Origin: Gracilinanus agilis
Taxonomy: Eukaryota
Assembly (NCBI RefSeq): GCF_016433145.1
Contig: NC_058133.1
Coordinates: forward strand, 475,339,889 to 475,403,888
Direction: 5' to 3'
DNA: 64,000 nt
A program made the position numbers and the translations under genes. The notes under the pieces are model-generated. The model saw only the letters and a program-made list of their open reading frames with translations, did not search any database and was not told the DNA's origin. Below are positions 1-13,599 of this stretch, piece after piece (the stretch's first letter is position 1; the number at the start of each line of letters is the position of its first letter).

Positions 1-150
1 CGGGGGGGTGTCGATTTCTACCCCAGTAGGGGCACAGCGCAATGTCACCCCCAGGCCCCGCAAAGGGGGAAAAGGGGCGGGGGGCGGGGGAGGGGGGGGA
101 CGCTGACGCCCCAGCAGCAGGTCCGCGCGACTTCCCCCTACGGAGGCCGA
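1..150 (-). other. APH1A: APH1A 5' UTR / first-exon start (CDS lies left of the window)
   Basis: Reverse complement reads CGGCCTCCGTAGGGGGAAGTCGCGCGGACC...GGGCCTGGGGGTGACATTGC, resembling the human APH1A leader as I recall it; expected syntenic position head-to-head with C1orf54. No APH1A codons in window. Confidence 0.7.
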
Positions 151-240
151 GTTGGGGACATCCCCAGGCCCCAGCCCAGCCCCATCGCCCTCCCTTCTTG
201 TCCCCACCCCCAAAGCCAATGGTAAGATGGGGGGAGGCGT
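1..240. promoter_or_regulatory. CpG-rich bidirectional promoter region (APH1A / long C1orf54 isoform) with G-run cluster
   Basis: High GC/CpG, GGGGCGGGG GC box and five G-runs of 4 or more at about 65-99. Confidence 0.6.
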
Positions 241-2284
241 GGCTACTGTTGGATTCTTTTGGGGGGGGGAATGCTATACGTTGCATCCTGGGAGTTGTAG
301 TTCCATATCCCTCCTGTTTATCTACTCCTCCCTAGGGTGTGGTTTAGTCTTTTACGTCAGGTAGGGACAAAAGGAACTGAGTTGAACTTGGAACTGGGCT
401 AGGAGCCAGCACTACCAAACTCCGCCTCGAACCCCCCCCACTTCTTTGACTCCTATTCCTAAACCCTCTTGGAGTTGCTGTTGCTATCTGTAGCAAAGGG
501 TAGAGGGAATTCCCTCCTGGTGGGCTGTGGAAAGGCAGGGTGGGGGTGGGGGGTGACGCCTGAAAAAATTCTTAGGACTGGGGGTGGAGGACAGTAGGGG
601 AGATGGGGACAAGCATTGTTCTAAGATGAATGGAAGGAAATGGGTTGGGGCTACAGCAGAAAAGATGAAATTTAAGAGCTCCAGTGAGAACTTGCTGTTT
701 TATATGAGACCTGGAACCCAGGAAAGCGTCGAGAAGACCCCTCCATCTGTGAATAAGAGGAGGAAAGAGAGAAAGAGAAGAGGACGAGATGCTCTTTTGA
801 AGGGACTGCATTCAAAGAAATGGTTCATTATGAGGAACGAGAAAGTTTTCAGAATTGTAGTATGCTGTCTTTTGGTTGACACGGAACAAAGAAATTCAAT
901 CCCCTTCCTTCCCCCACCCCCATCTTTTGTGTTACACTTCCTTTATTTAGTTTTTGAAGATGAATTTTTGTGATATCTTGTTCTTCAGACTGATTGATGG
1001 AAGAACAGAGAATTAGAAGCCTAGTTCAGATAGCCTGCACAATTACTTTGGGATGGAGCACTTAGCATAGTACTGATTAAAGGCACTTAAGGTTTTCTAG
1101 AGGGCTTCTCAGATGTTTAAAGGAACCTAGGAAGGAAGAGAAAATCAAGAGTGTCATTTTTCCTAAAATTCGTGTAAAGGACTATTGACAGTGATTAGAG
1201 AGTAGAGGCATGAAATGAAGACATAATTCCAGTCTGTACAGGGCAGGAAAACTTAAGGGGGTTGGTTGGAATTACTTCCGGAGAGAGTGGTCCAGTGTCT
1301 GCAGAGACACAGGCTAACCTGCTTTTTCCCCTCTTCTTCCAATCTATGAACAGGAACTTAGAACAGAAATAAGGTGAGGTAATTTTTAACTAGTGAGACA
1401 GTAAGGAAGTTACGATTGTGCCTAGAAACTTTAATGGGAAGTATTGTGGGAGCTAAATAGTGGAACCATTTTCACATGATGGGCAAATAAGGCAGAAGAG
1501 AGACTCAGTCTTCAATGTGGACCTCTTCCTCTCCCAGCCTCCCTCATCCCACTCTGCTCCAACTGCTTGTGAGAAGAGAAGAGCTTCACTGTTTTGGGGG
1601 GAGGAATTGAGGTTAGCCTTCAATGGCAGAGACTCCAAATTAATGATCAAATAAAGGAAAGGAAATATCCCCATTCTCTGCAACAGTGAGAGGAGAAGAT
1701 AGGAAAAACCCATTTTGTGATGGACAAAAGCTTAATAATAGATGTTAGAGTAAGTGAAAGTAAGCCAGCAGAACAAGAAATGCATTTACCACTTTGACTA
1801 TTATTGTATGTAGGGCTCCCCTTCTCTTGGTTCCTTAACAAAACCAAAAGCCATACTAGGCAACAAAACTTTAAATAGACTTGCAAGAGCTCTCATTTTT
1901 GTTTGCTTGCTTGCTTTTGACTCATCTGGTTCTGTTTTATTAAACGAGGAGGGCTGAATGTAATATTTTATTTTCTATTTTGATTTGATTTGTTTTTGCC
2001 AATGACTATTAAATTTATAATAAAAATAAATGTGTTAATGAACAAATAATGACATTAATTATTCAATGAATTATTCTTCATAAATGGAAGGACAGACTGG
2101 AGTGGAAGATGGAATGTTGACTTGAAGCCCAAAGATTTGGATTTGAATCCTGACTTAGACACTTAGCTCTATGACAATGGATAAGTCAATTAATAACTGA
2201 GAGATTTTCTTCCTTTCTAAAAAGGGGATAATGTTTTTTCTCCCAACCCTGAAAGGTTTTTGTTTTTTTTTTAAGTACATTGCA

Positions 2285-2481
2285 GGGAGCACAGCTGGGT
2301 AGCTCAGTGGAGCCAGGCCTAGAGAAGGGAGGTCCTAGATTCAAATCTGGCCTCAGACATTTCCCAGCTGTGTGACCCTGGGCAATTCACTTGACCACCA
2401 TTTCCTACTCCTACCACTCTTCTGCCTAGGAGCCAATACACAGTATTGATTCCAAGACAGAAGGTAAGGGGTTAAAAAAAA
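2285..2481 (+). mobile_element. SINE1_Mdo-type SINE
   Basis: CAGCTGGGTAGCTCAGTGG head, GAAGGTAAGGG-A tail; TSD AAGTACATTGCA. Confidence 0.85.
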
Positions 2482-3524
2482 AAGTACATTGCAAATCTTA
2501 AAGTACCATATAAATATGAGTAGTTATTAATTATAGTAGCTGTCATTTAATTGACAGATTTATGTAATTAATAAAATGACTAGTTAATTCTAAGTAAGGT
2601 ATTATTCAGTTCCACTGAAGCAAAATGTAAAATATAGAGGCTGTGTGTAAATGAAATGCTAATGTTGGATGGGGTTGGGGGGGGTGGAGTCAGCAAATGT
2701 CTATAAGGCTTGTAAAGAGTTCAAGCTTCTGGGAAGGATATTATATCACATTAAAAGAATATCAAGGCTGAATATAACCTACTCCTTCCAAAAAAACCCC
2801 ACAGCATTTTGGCATTCCATCAAAGAAGGTGACACAAACTTCAAGGAGTAGAGGGGCTGCATCATTTTTCAGATTTGTGCAACATTCTTGGAACATTTCC
2901 ATAAATGGAACAAGCAAAAACAAAACAAAACTTTTTTTTTTTTTGGTGGCAGAGGATTCCTTGGAATAGCAATAAGAATTGCTGGATTCTAGGGAGACTT
3001 CTGATTTCTAGATATCACCAAAGTTTGCCTGCCCCAATTCTCTGATGTTGTGAGCATTATTATGTGCAAAAATGTGTGAATTTATATATTTTTTAAATGA
3101 ATGTCTTTAGGTATATCTGTATGTGCATGTTTTGGCTAGGATTGATGAAACTTTTTAACAAATAGACTCTTGACAGCTAATACATTTTTGAAAATTAGAA
3201 TTCTGCACCTATGACTGATTTACTCTAATTTGGATTGATATGATTTGGGAATTTGGACAGTGAATGCAGGGTGTGGAGAGAACTTTGGGTTAGTTCATTC
3301 TAGGAATGAGGGAGCTCAATCTACATGCTCCTTTGAAATCTAGGATCTTTATCCCCACCTTGCTTGGGCATTCCTATTGGAGCATTCAGTTAGTTTGTGA
3401 TGGATCAAGGAACTAGTACCATGGCAAAGAAGAGTAGCTTCAGTTTTGATTCCTTCCTGCTTGAGGGGACTGATGGGGGGGGGGCAGGAGGGGAAGGAGG
3501 TGGAAATAGACTTAGGGATGTAAT

Positions 3525-3555
3525 TTCCTCTTTTTTACTTCACTGTTCTGAGTCA
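3525..3555 (+). promoter_or_regulatory. C1orf54 proximal promoter motifs: PU.1-like (reverse AAAAAGAGGAA) and AP-1 (TGAGTCA)
   Basis: TTCCTCTTTTT 3525-3535 and TGAGTCA 3549-3555 just upstream of ATG 3565; motif match only. Confidence 0.35.
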
Positions 3556-3564
3556 GAAGCCAGA

Positions 3565-6500
3565 ATGGATATTCTTCTTGTAGTCATAGCTTCTGTGCCG
3601 CTCCTTCTGGGTAAGACCATTCCTTTCTCTAGCCCTCTTCAGAATTCTAAGTCTACTAATTAGAGAACTAGGTGGGAAAGAAGACAAATGAAGACATAAG
3701 GTGGAAAAAAGAGTAAGCAACTCCAACCAGAGGAGCAACTCCAAATCTCATCACTAATTGGTGTTCTGGGTCCAGAATCTGGGAGGAGGGCATGAGAATG
3801 AAGAGGAGGTCAAGGAGAAAAAGAGAAGAATGGGCTGAGAAGGGTAGAAATGACAGGCTTAGGGAAATTCCAGAAAAGAAAATCACTGTTCTTTATTTCC
3901 AAGGAAGGCAAAGCAAGAAAAGACAGCTAAAACTACCAAGTAGGAGGAAACTCCATCTTATGACTGATGAAAACTAGGACCTGGGTGAGGTTAGCTGGGG
4001 TGAACTAACTCACTTGCTGGAGAGTAAAAGGGGCTTGGGACTCCTAGAGAGGACTAGCAGCCATCAGGGCATTGTTGAGAGAATAGCCATATTCTTCCCT
4101 TCTTTGTTCCTGAGTCAGTCAGGTGTGTCTCAATGTTTCCTTTCCTCTTCCTCCAGATTCCTATGTTATTAACTTGGCTAGCATCTGGAGATGAGGGTAA
4201 ACAGAAAAGGACTTGGATCTGCAGACTGAGACATAGAAGATAGATCCGAAAGAAATCTTAGAGATCATCTATTTCAATTTCTTTATTTTATAATTGAGGA
4301 AATCAAGTCCCAAGAAGTTGTGACTTGTTTAAGGGCACATGGGTAGTTAGTGGCAGAGCCCAAGTCTCCTAATGCTCAGTCTCTAAACCTTCTTTGTCTC
4401 TCTGATTTGTGTGTGTGCCTCAAATAAACATCAGCTCTAGAAAGGAAATGTGACAGAGTAAATAAATACTAGACTTAAGAGTCAGGAAAAATTGGATTTC
4501 AATCTTACCTCTAATATTTATTAGTTCTGTGACCACAAGCAAGTAACTTAATCTTCTGGAGTCTCAGTTTTATCATCTATAAAATGGGGATAAAGCTTTG
4601 TGCCAGTGGCTGTATCTTAGCCAATGATATGTATCCAAGGTGCAATTATTACTAATTAAAATGGGTATAAAAATGCTTAGCACCTACTTCACAGGTTATT
4701 ATTAAGCTCAATTGAGAATGTGTATACTATTGTTTGCATGTCTTAAAGATATAATATGTATATATATTTTAATAAACCATGTGTGTATATATATATATGT
4801 ATATATATATTATTAGAACTTTTAAAATAGCCAGGATTCCAGGAGGACTTGGTTTGGATGGAAGATTTGGATTTTATTTTATCTTGGTCCCTTCCCAGAC
4901 CATTTCTTCATCTTGATTCTTGGTAAATGAGAGAGACTTTGTGGGGCAAGGTGTTTTCTGTCCTGAGATCATTCAAATAATAATGATGATAATATTTGTA
5001 TAGTGTTTTAAGATTTTCAAAGTGTTTTACAAATATTATTTCATTTTCTCTTCTAAACAACCCTAAGAGGGAGTTATTATTAATATTCCCATTTTACAGA
5101 TGAGGAAACTAAGTTAGAGAGAAGTTAAGTGGTTTGTTCACATTTACATAGCAGATAAGTTTCTAAAATCAGATTTGAATTCAAGTTTTCTTTACTATAG
5201 GCAGCAAGGTGGTGGAGTGGACAGAGTGCCAGGCTTAGAGTCAGGAAGATACCTGTTCCTGAGTTCAAATCTGGCCTTAGCCAATTATTGTGTCAACCTT
5301 GGGAAAATCACTTAACCCTATTTGCCTCAGTTTCTCATCTGTCAAATGGGCTGGAAAAGGAAATAGCAAACTACTCCAGTATCTTTGCCAAGAAAATCCC
5401 AAAGAGTTGGACACAACTGAACAACTGAGTATCGACCTTACTCCAGGTGCAACACTCTATCCAATTGTAGCCAGGGCAGAGAGAATCAAAGGCTCCACCT
5501 CAGTGCTTACATCTCAACATCGACACTTGGATCTGGGGATGTTGACTATGAGGCTTGAGAGGACTGAAGAAAGAGACCTTGGGGAAGTCAAGGGGAGGGT
5601 GACTCTATTTTTTAATCCTACTGGGGGCAGAACAGGGAGAAGGGATTGCAACAGTCTTTTGACAAGTGGAACCTTAGGGAGGGAAGCAAAATGGGAATTT
5701 CATGAGCTGAGTATCATTTCCTGATGTTATCAAGTTCTCAGTGGATTGTGAGTATAATACCTCGTGAACCCTCACTTTTGCCTATTTTAGGACAAGAATA
5801 TGAAGAAGAACCAGGATATGAAGAAATATATGAAGATTATCAGGTGGTCTATTATACAGTCACTCCATATTATGGTGAGCATACTTCCAAATAGAGAAGA
5901 GCATAATCTGGGCTAGAGTTTTGACTGTCTTCAATGCAGTGGCCAGGCCAAAGATGAGTCAGGTAGTTGACAGGTAATAACATTATCTCTTTTTCTTTCG
6001 GGAAGAACCTAACCCACCCACTTCCCATTCTCATTTCCAAATTCCAAAGCAGGATCTGACTTAAGTTTACTTAATAGCTCTTAGTTCACTGCTTAATAGT
6101 CTCTTAAACCCAGGATGCTTAACCTTTTGGGAGCTGTGACCTCATTATCATCCTCTTAAAGATATATGTAATATTTATTACACATCTACATCTACATGTA
6201 TATATGAATTATACAGTTTTACCCAGAGTTTAGGGGAGAGCCAAAAACTTAGGCCTGAGCTGAGATGAGGCTGAGTAAGTACATTGGAGATGATTTTTTT
6301 TTTGGAGGTGAATGTTTAAATTAAAATATAGATGCAATTGTTTTGGGGGGGTTATTTTTGTTCATCTTCATGCTTTTAAAATTAAGATGACTGTGAATTA
6401 TATTCAAAGTTTTTCAGTGTCTTTTTACACTACTCATGGGACATGACTAAGAACACTTGGAAAATTCCCATCTTAGCTCTTTTATCTCAGTCCCATGTTT

Positions 6501-9500
6501 TACTTCCCCTCTGTTCATTAGGTTGTAAACTCCTTGAAGTTGGGGATGATTTTGCCTTCTATGAATTCCAAGCACCAATAAATAATTGACCATCTTCTCT
6601 TTTCCTTAGATGAGGTAACAATCAACTTTACCCTTGACTACTCCCTATTTGAGGCAGAGGATAGAATGGTGAGTGACCCTTGGTCCTGGCAAATCTTTAT
6701 GGAGGGATTTGAATGGAATATAGCTTTAAAAAATACCCCAAAGATATCTAGTTATTCTGTTAAAATAAAACTAGTTTGGTAGGCCTAAAATGAATTAGGA
6801 TAAAGAGAAGCTGGGCAGTGAGCCAAAAAGGAATAGGGAACCTATGGGGAATTAATGAAGAGGAAGCTGAAATTCAATTAGTTTGCTACAAATACTATGA
6901 AAAAGGTTTAGTCTATTATCCAAAGGATCTAGGGGACACAGAGCATGTGTAAATGGTAGAGGACAGGCAATTTTGTATTCACTGAGGAGTTGGGCTTAGA
7001 GTGGTTTTGAACCTAAGTCTTGGGGGTTAAGTATTGAGATTATCTGTTGTGAAGGGGAGACTGTGGTAAGATGCTTTGCTATTGTGCACAAACCCATCTT
7101 TCAGTTTTCCCCTCAGAAGGAAAGCCAGGAGTGACTTCCCTTCAGCAAGCCAGTATGCACTTTTACTTGGAGACTATAAAATCTATGTATTTATAGTTAA
7201 AAGCTATAAATATAAGGATTAATAACAAGGAAAGCCCTAACACTACCAGAGAGCTAACTTTTCACCCACCTTCTACATCTGTCTCATGGCAGAGCCTTTG
7301 GTTCTTCCAGCTACACTAAAACTGTCTGGCACTTACTAAAAAAAAAAACCAAAAAAACAACCCAAAACACTATCTGACTATTATCTCACTAAAATCCTTA
7401 TTCAATTAACTTAATTTGATAAAGATATCTCCAAGTACATATAGATTCAGTCAGCCAAGATGGCAGCTGCTAACTGACAATAAGGTAACCCTGGTATGGC
7501 CCAGAATCCAGGCAAACAGCCTTCTGTCTTTCTCTTTCTCCAAAACTGTTCTCCAGCAAAATAGATCTACCAGCTTCTTCCTTGCTTCAGAGGATACTAA
7601 AAAGAATCTTTGGAGAGGTTGTATGAATGGCTTAGATCGGATAAGTGGAGTTGTTAACCCTGTTTTACAATTATACTGATTGCAGAATAATAAGGAAGAG
7701 ACTATAACTGAAGCTGGAGACGGGAAGGTTAACCTTGAGGAAGAACACCCAGACAATGGCATGCAGAAGACAACAGAAAAAGTGAGTAAGGAGTAAAGAG
7801 TAATTCTTATAGGAGTATTTACCTCTCCTGAGTAGATTACAGGCTATCTGGGCTTGGTACATGAAGACAGAGGAGGACTTGAGGATCAGTCTTGGGATAT
7901 TGGAGGAAAGAAGGCCTCTTATCAGATAAGATATTTGTAAAGCACTTAGCACAGTGCTTGGCAGAGTATATATATACTCTTATATACACACTTAACCAAT
8001 GGTAATTCTCTTCCCTCATCTATTCTGTATAGTACAGAGTACCTTGCTGACACTGATTTTCACCTGGTCAATAGTCCTTTTCTTCTAGATTTAAAGCCAA
8101 TGTGGAAATGTAAGAGGACTTATTTCAATTCCATTTCAATTTAATTCGTATTTAAGGAGTGTGTAGTATGTGCTGAGCACTCTACTATGTGTTGTGGGAA
8201 TATAGTAGACTATGCTATCTGTTTTTTCTACTTTAGGAGTTTATAGTCTTAGTAGAGAGACAAAAGTTGTACCTGAAATATTAGAGAATAAAAGAATGTA
8301 TATAATTAGATGCCAAATTAACATAATCAAATTTCAAGCTGCGCGATAAAGATAATAACTGTCATGAATGGAAGGAGAGAGCTCACAATTGGCTAAAGGA
8401 TTTAATGGAGAGAATGAGACTATAAAAATGTTAGGATTTTAGGGGGCAGCTGGGTAGCTCAGTGGATTGAGAGCCAGGTCTAGAGATGGGAGGTCCTGGG
8501 TTCAAATGTGACCTCAGACCCTTCCCAGCTGTGTGACCCTAGGCAAGTCACTTGACTCCCGTTGCCTACCCTTACCACTCTTCTGCCTTGGAGCCAATAC
8601 ACAGTATTGACTCCAAGACGGAAAGTTAGGGTTTAAAAAATCTTTTTAATTAAAAAAATTTGTTAGGATTTTAATAAGTGGAAGGTAGTGGAAAGGATAT
8701 TCCAAGCAAAGGTGAGGAGATGAACATGAGTGTGGGATATTAAAGGTGGTACATAACATGGGATAGATAAAATTAAGTTCTCCATATCTGGAGTTTCAGT
8801 GATCCCCACAAAGGACTGAAGGTCCACCTAGTTCTCCAAAGTCAGGTCTTTCTACTTTCACTTTCATTTTTTTCTACTTCCACTTTTCTTTAGGGTTTTT
8901 TGTTGGGGTGGGAGGCTGCAAAGCACCAAGCCAAGAAGTAGGGGCAGAAGCAGAGAGAGAGCACTCATCTTTGGGGTCAATAGCTGGTCACTTATATCCT
9001 TGGTTTCAGCCATCCATGGTAGGCTTTGGAATGTATCTCCCTGGGGATACTGGGGTCCTACTGCAATCTGTTATCAAGACAAGTGGATTTTACTTTCATA
9101 ACCTTACTTGCATATGTCTTCCTCTCTCCTTCAACATCATTCCTCTGATGTCCTCATGCCTGGACTATTGCAACAGCCTGATGATTGGTTGGCCTGTCAT
9201 AAGTCTCTTATCACTCCAGTCCTTCCTCCACTTGGTTGTCAAAGTGATTTTCCTAAAGTATGGGTCTGAATGTGTTATCTAGCACAATGTGTCACATAGA
9301 TTTGAGTAAATCACTCAGTAAACTCCAGTGGTTCCCTATCATCTCCAGGATCAATTGTAAAATCCTCTGGTATTCAAAATTCTTTATTATCTAGCCCTTC
9401 CTCATCCCCCTACCTTCAATACAGAAACACTGGTCTCTATTACTTCGAGAAGTCACTCCATCTCTGGACTCCATGCCTTTTCCCTGGCTGCCCCCATTAT

Positions 9501-11675
9501 GGAATGCTCTCCCTGCTCTCTCTGCCCCCTGGTTTCACTGATTTCTTTCAAATCCTAACTAAATCCTACCTTTTGTAAGAAGCCTTTCCCAATCCCTCTT
9601 AATTCTACCCCCTTCCTTCTGTTGATAATTTTCTATATGTCCTGTATATACCTTGTTTGAACAGAGTTGTTTGTATGTTGTCTCCTGCATTAGATTATGA
9701 GCTCCACAAAGACAGGGATTTTCTTGTCTTTCCTTGTGTCCCCAATGTTTAGCACAATGTTTTGAACATAGTAGGGACTTAACATATTTACTGACTGAGA
9801 GAATGGATAAGGTTAGGATTAAAGTGGTGGCAGTAGGAATGGAGAAGGGATAAATTCAAGAGAGGATTCAAGTAAAAAAATGAAAGGACTTGGAGATATA
9901 GTTTTATAGGGGTGGAATGAGGTAGTGGAGAGAGAGATGAAGATGACTTGCACATTTTGATCCTGGAGGATAAGAAAACCCACCAAATCGGGGCAGCTGT
10001 GTGGCTCAGTGGATTGAGAGCCAGGCCCAGAGACTGGAGGTCCTGGGTTCAAATGTGACCTCAGATACTTCCTAGCTGTGTGACCCAGGGCAAGTTCCTT
10101 AACCCCCATTGCCTAGCCCTTACTGATTTTCTGCAGAGTTTAAAAAAAAAAAATCCATTCGGGAGGTGGAGCCAGATATGGCTTGAGAGCCATATGTTAC
10201 CGACCCCTGCTTTAGATGTTTAGAGGGAGTTATAGAAGCTAAGAAATGGCATGCCAATCTTTTAGAAAGTAAGTAGTAGAGCCAGGAGTTAAACTGAGGC
10301 CTTCTGTGTTCCAGACCAGTACTCTGTCCACTACACCAAAGGAAAGATTATATACAAAGAACTGGGACCAAAAAGGAAAAGAAGATGGCCACAAAGAAAG
10401 AGAAGGATCTACTAAAGAGGTAGGAGAACTAAGAAAATAATGTATCCCACAAGAAAAGGGGGAAGGGACAGAATTTGAAGTAGAGACATGTTCAGTGGTA
10501 TCAAATGCCACAGAAAGATTGAGATTAAGAACAGAGAAGACTGTAGGATTTGACTGAAATTTGACTGAAAGGAAGTCATCAGTGATTGGAGTGGTTTTAG
10601 TAGTGTAGTGGAATAGGAATAGGAAGGAATAGGTTGTGAAGTAATATAGATAGTATACATCTTTTGAGATGCTCTTTTGAGAAATATGATGGTAAAAGGA
10701 AAGAGAAAAGAGAAGAGGGACAACGTCTGGAAGGGACCACAGGCTAAAGCAAGAGGAAATCTGTGGGGGCAGCTAGGTGGGACAGTGTATAGATAGAGCA
10801 CCAGACCTGGAGCAGGGAGGGCATAGGTTCAAATTTGGCCTCAGATACTTCCTAGCTGTATGACTCTGGGTAAGTCAGTTAACCCTGTTTGCTTAGCTCT
10901 TGACTTTCTGTCTTAGAGTTGTTACTAAGATGGAAAGTAAGGGTTTAAAAAAAGAGAGAGAAAAATCTGTGTATATTTGAAAGTAGAAGGGGAGGAACTA
11001 GTAGAGAGAAAAAGATGTAGAAGTGAGATTTCTGAGAAATGGGAAGAGGGTGCTATGTATGGCATATGCAGATTTATTTTAGAGAGGATAAAGGATACAT
11101 TTCCCTCTGTATCCAGAAAAAAGGAGAGGGTAACTATAGAGAATAGGGTGTATTGAGGTACCTTTTCTCCCAAGGGTGGTCATCCTTCAAGCCCATGCTT
11201 CTGCCAGTAGCCAAGTAGGGTAGAGTGTGAAGCAATTATATGGGCATCCCTTCTACATCTAGACTTTTCCTGCTGAGGTTTTGATACATCTTAGGTCAGC
11301 TTAAGAAAATAAATGGGAATTTTTGGGGAGTTTTGCAGAAGCCACAGACAACATAGAGGCCAGCAGATGACACAGAAAAAGTTTAGAAACTCAGAAAATG
11401 CATACTTAAGCCAAAATTTACAATAAGTTACTGTATCTCATAACAGAAAAAGAAAAAAATTCAAACTTCTCTAGTATGAAGGGAGGGCCAAAAATTTTTA
11501 TTAGTATTTTCTAGATCACAGGGTACCAAGAGAGTCTCTAATCCCAGAGGTTAGGGATAACCATATGTCTGTGTTTTAGGAGTCTTCAGTTCTGAATGTT
11601 GCTGTGCCCACTCTGCAGCATCATCTTCCACTCCTTCTGCCCTGGGTTCTGCTGAGGTGGATATTGCTACTTTAG
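3565..11675 (+). CDS. C1orf54: C1orf54 orthologue, 126 aa, signal peptide plus hydrophobic C-terminus
   Basis: join(3565-3610,5791-5874,6610-6668,7686-7781,11580-11675)=381 nt, all GT-AG, phases consistent. [68 protein letters not shown]...TTEK-ESSVLNVAVPTLQHHLPLLLPWVLLRWILLL* resembles human [21 protein letters not shown]...; syntenic. Confidence 0.9.
4775..4812. repeat. (TG/TA)n microsatellite
   Basis: Dinucleotide run seen directly. Confidence 0.8.
5198..5430 (+). mobile_element. MAR1-type CORE-SINE
   Basis: MIR-like head plus RTE-like tail (CTTTGCCAAGAAAATCCC...GGACACAACTGAACAAC). Confidence 0.6.
8441..8658 (+). mobile_element. SINE1_Mdo-type SINE
   Basis: Full consensus-like copy; TSD about TGTTAGGATTTTA. 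Confidence 0.85.
9100..9790 (+). mobile_element. L2 LINE 3' fragment
   Basis: Degenerate L2 3' region ending AGCACAATG...CATAGTAGG...TTTACTGACTGA; limits approximate. Confidence 0.55.
9990..10152 (+). mobile_element. SINE1_Mdo-type SINE (short tail)
   Basis: Consensus head and body. Confidence 0.75.
10765..10955 (+). mobile_element. Marsupial SINE (older, diverged copy)
   Basis: GGGGGCAGCTAGGTGG head, A tail. Confidence 0.7.
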
Positions 11676-12473
11676 AAGGTGAGATGTCAACCACTTGCTT
11701 GGGAGAAAATAGGGTAAATTAAAATAGCTCTTCCAGGATTCTCAGCATAATATTTCCAGGGAGGGGGTGATAATATGTATTGGGGCCTGGTGTGGGGCTG
11801 TGAGGGCTTGGGGAACACACAGGAGAAGCAGTGGACTGGCAACAGGAGAGACTGATATTAGATAACTGGAAAAATGTATTGGTAGGACAGTCCTGAAAGA
11901 GTCAAGAAATGAAAGGATTTCCTGATCCTGAAGATGTAGGAAGCTGGACGAAACTTCTTTAGTACCCTTTGCCAGGTTGGAGAGTTAGAGCCAGTTTCTA
12001 GTTGGTTCAGGCCCAGGCACGGCAGTTGAGTTGTAAAAAGGATTCCCTGTTGGCAAAGTAGGGTCGAGGGAGGTAGGAAAAGGAAAAGAAAAATATTACA
12101 GAAGAGGACCTTGCAGCCAGAAAGTTAGAACTGAAATTCTGGAGAGAGTTAGAATGAAAGTTTAAACTTCTTGGGAGAGAAAGTCATGGAAAGGAAGAGT
12201 TGAGGAGGAAGGGCAAGACATCTTCTCTGCCGATCTCCTTACAGGAGAAATTCTATCTCAGAGGATGAAGTGTAGTCTGGAGTAAAGGAAGGGTGCCTTA
12301 CTTTATCTTCACAAGACCAGGGTTCAAATTTCCCCTTTGATACTACTGTGTAACATGAGCAGAGCAAGCCACTTCAACTCTCTAGGCCTTAGTTTTTTCA
12401 CCTGTAAAATGAGGAGGTTGAACTAGAATTCTTAAGAACTTCTGGCCATATATTTTCCTTTTTTCCTTTCCAG

Positions 12474-12550
12474 GAGAAAGAATACTACTATGACTTCTTT
12501 GGGAAGGGGGTCTGGAGTACAGAAATTGGAAGAGGAAATAAATAATTGAA
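12474..12550 (+). other. C1orf54: C1orf54 non-coding terminal exon with poly(A) signal
   Basis: Donor AAG|GTGAG at 11679 just after the stop; acceptor ttttcctttccag| at 12473; AATAAA 12537-12542. Confidence 0.7.
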
Positions 12551-13599
12551 TCACAAACATCATCTGACTGTCCTTCCATATGATCTTCCCTTGAGGAATC
12601 ATTAGCAAGAAGAGACTTTTGCTTCTTGGGATTTTGGGGTGGCTCTTGGGAAGAGTGGGAAAATGAACTGTGATTTTCTGCATCCCCTTCCCTTTGGAAT
12701 GGAACACAATGTGGGTTGTCTGTCTGTTACAATCTCTTTTCCTTCCAATATTTTGAAGTTTTTATTTTACACAGATCTGTAACTAGGGAAGGCCATTGTA
12801 GCATTGTATGCAGGAACTGAAATTTAGAGGGACACTCATAGCACTTTTAATCCAGCAGTAGAGAGTTTTAGCATCTACTTAGCAAGAATATTTAGCTACT
12901 AGTGGATAACTTCTTCCCCATTTACTGCACCCAAAGTGAGCTCTTCCCATCCCTATTCCCTATGCTACTCACTATCCTCAAATGAATTGAGAGCACATTT
13001 CTTTCAACTTGTTTAACTGCAAAGTGACATGTTACAACTCTGGATATAGAGGGTAACTTTTACCTTCCCTTTGCATACAATTTAGTTTACTTCACCTGAG
13101 GTTGGAAGGTTTGTGTGCCTGGGTTGGGGGAATATGGCTTTAAAAAAAAATTCTGTTTTCCCATAAGGACCTCCTCCCTGCTCCCCCCCAATTGTCTTTT
13201 TAAAATATAATTTAGAAGTCGCTTAATTGTCGACATAACAAAGGGCCTTACTGGCTCTCCTGGCCAATAATTTTTTATTTAACCTTATTTACACTAAGGA
13301 GAACTGTACTTCCCCCTTGTGGCTACTTCAGAGACTGTCACCTCACTCTTGAGTTTTCCAACTCTCACCACACCCGTGAGAATATAGTTCATATAATTTA
13401 TAATAATTTTTTAGAGTTCATATAAATATAATTTGAACTCTATAAGAATATAGAATTCATATAAGGACTTTAGGGGTCATCCTGCTTCTTAGTTCTCCTA
13501 ATGAACAGCTGAAGCCAAGATAGATTAAAGAACTTGCCCAGGGTCGCACCACTACTGGGTGTCTGAGGCAGGATAAGAACCCAGCTCCTTTGGAATTCG

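Noticed and set aside
3792-3977. K/R/E-rich 61-aa ORF
   Set aside because: Purine-rich low-complexity intron sequence of C1orf54.
4157-4196. 40-nt cryptic exon in C1orf54 intron 1 with good pyrimidine tract and in-frame TGA
   Set aside because: Donor is mediocre and such sites are common by chance; nothing else supports it.
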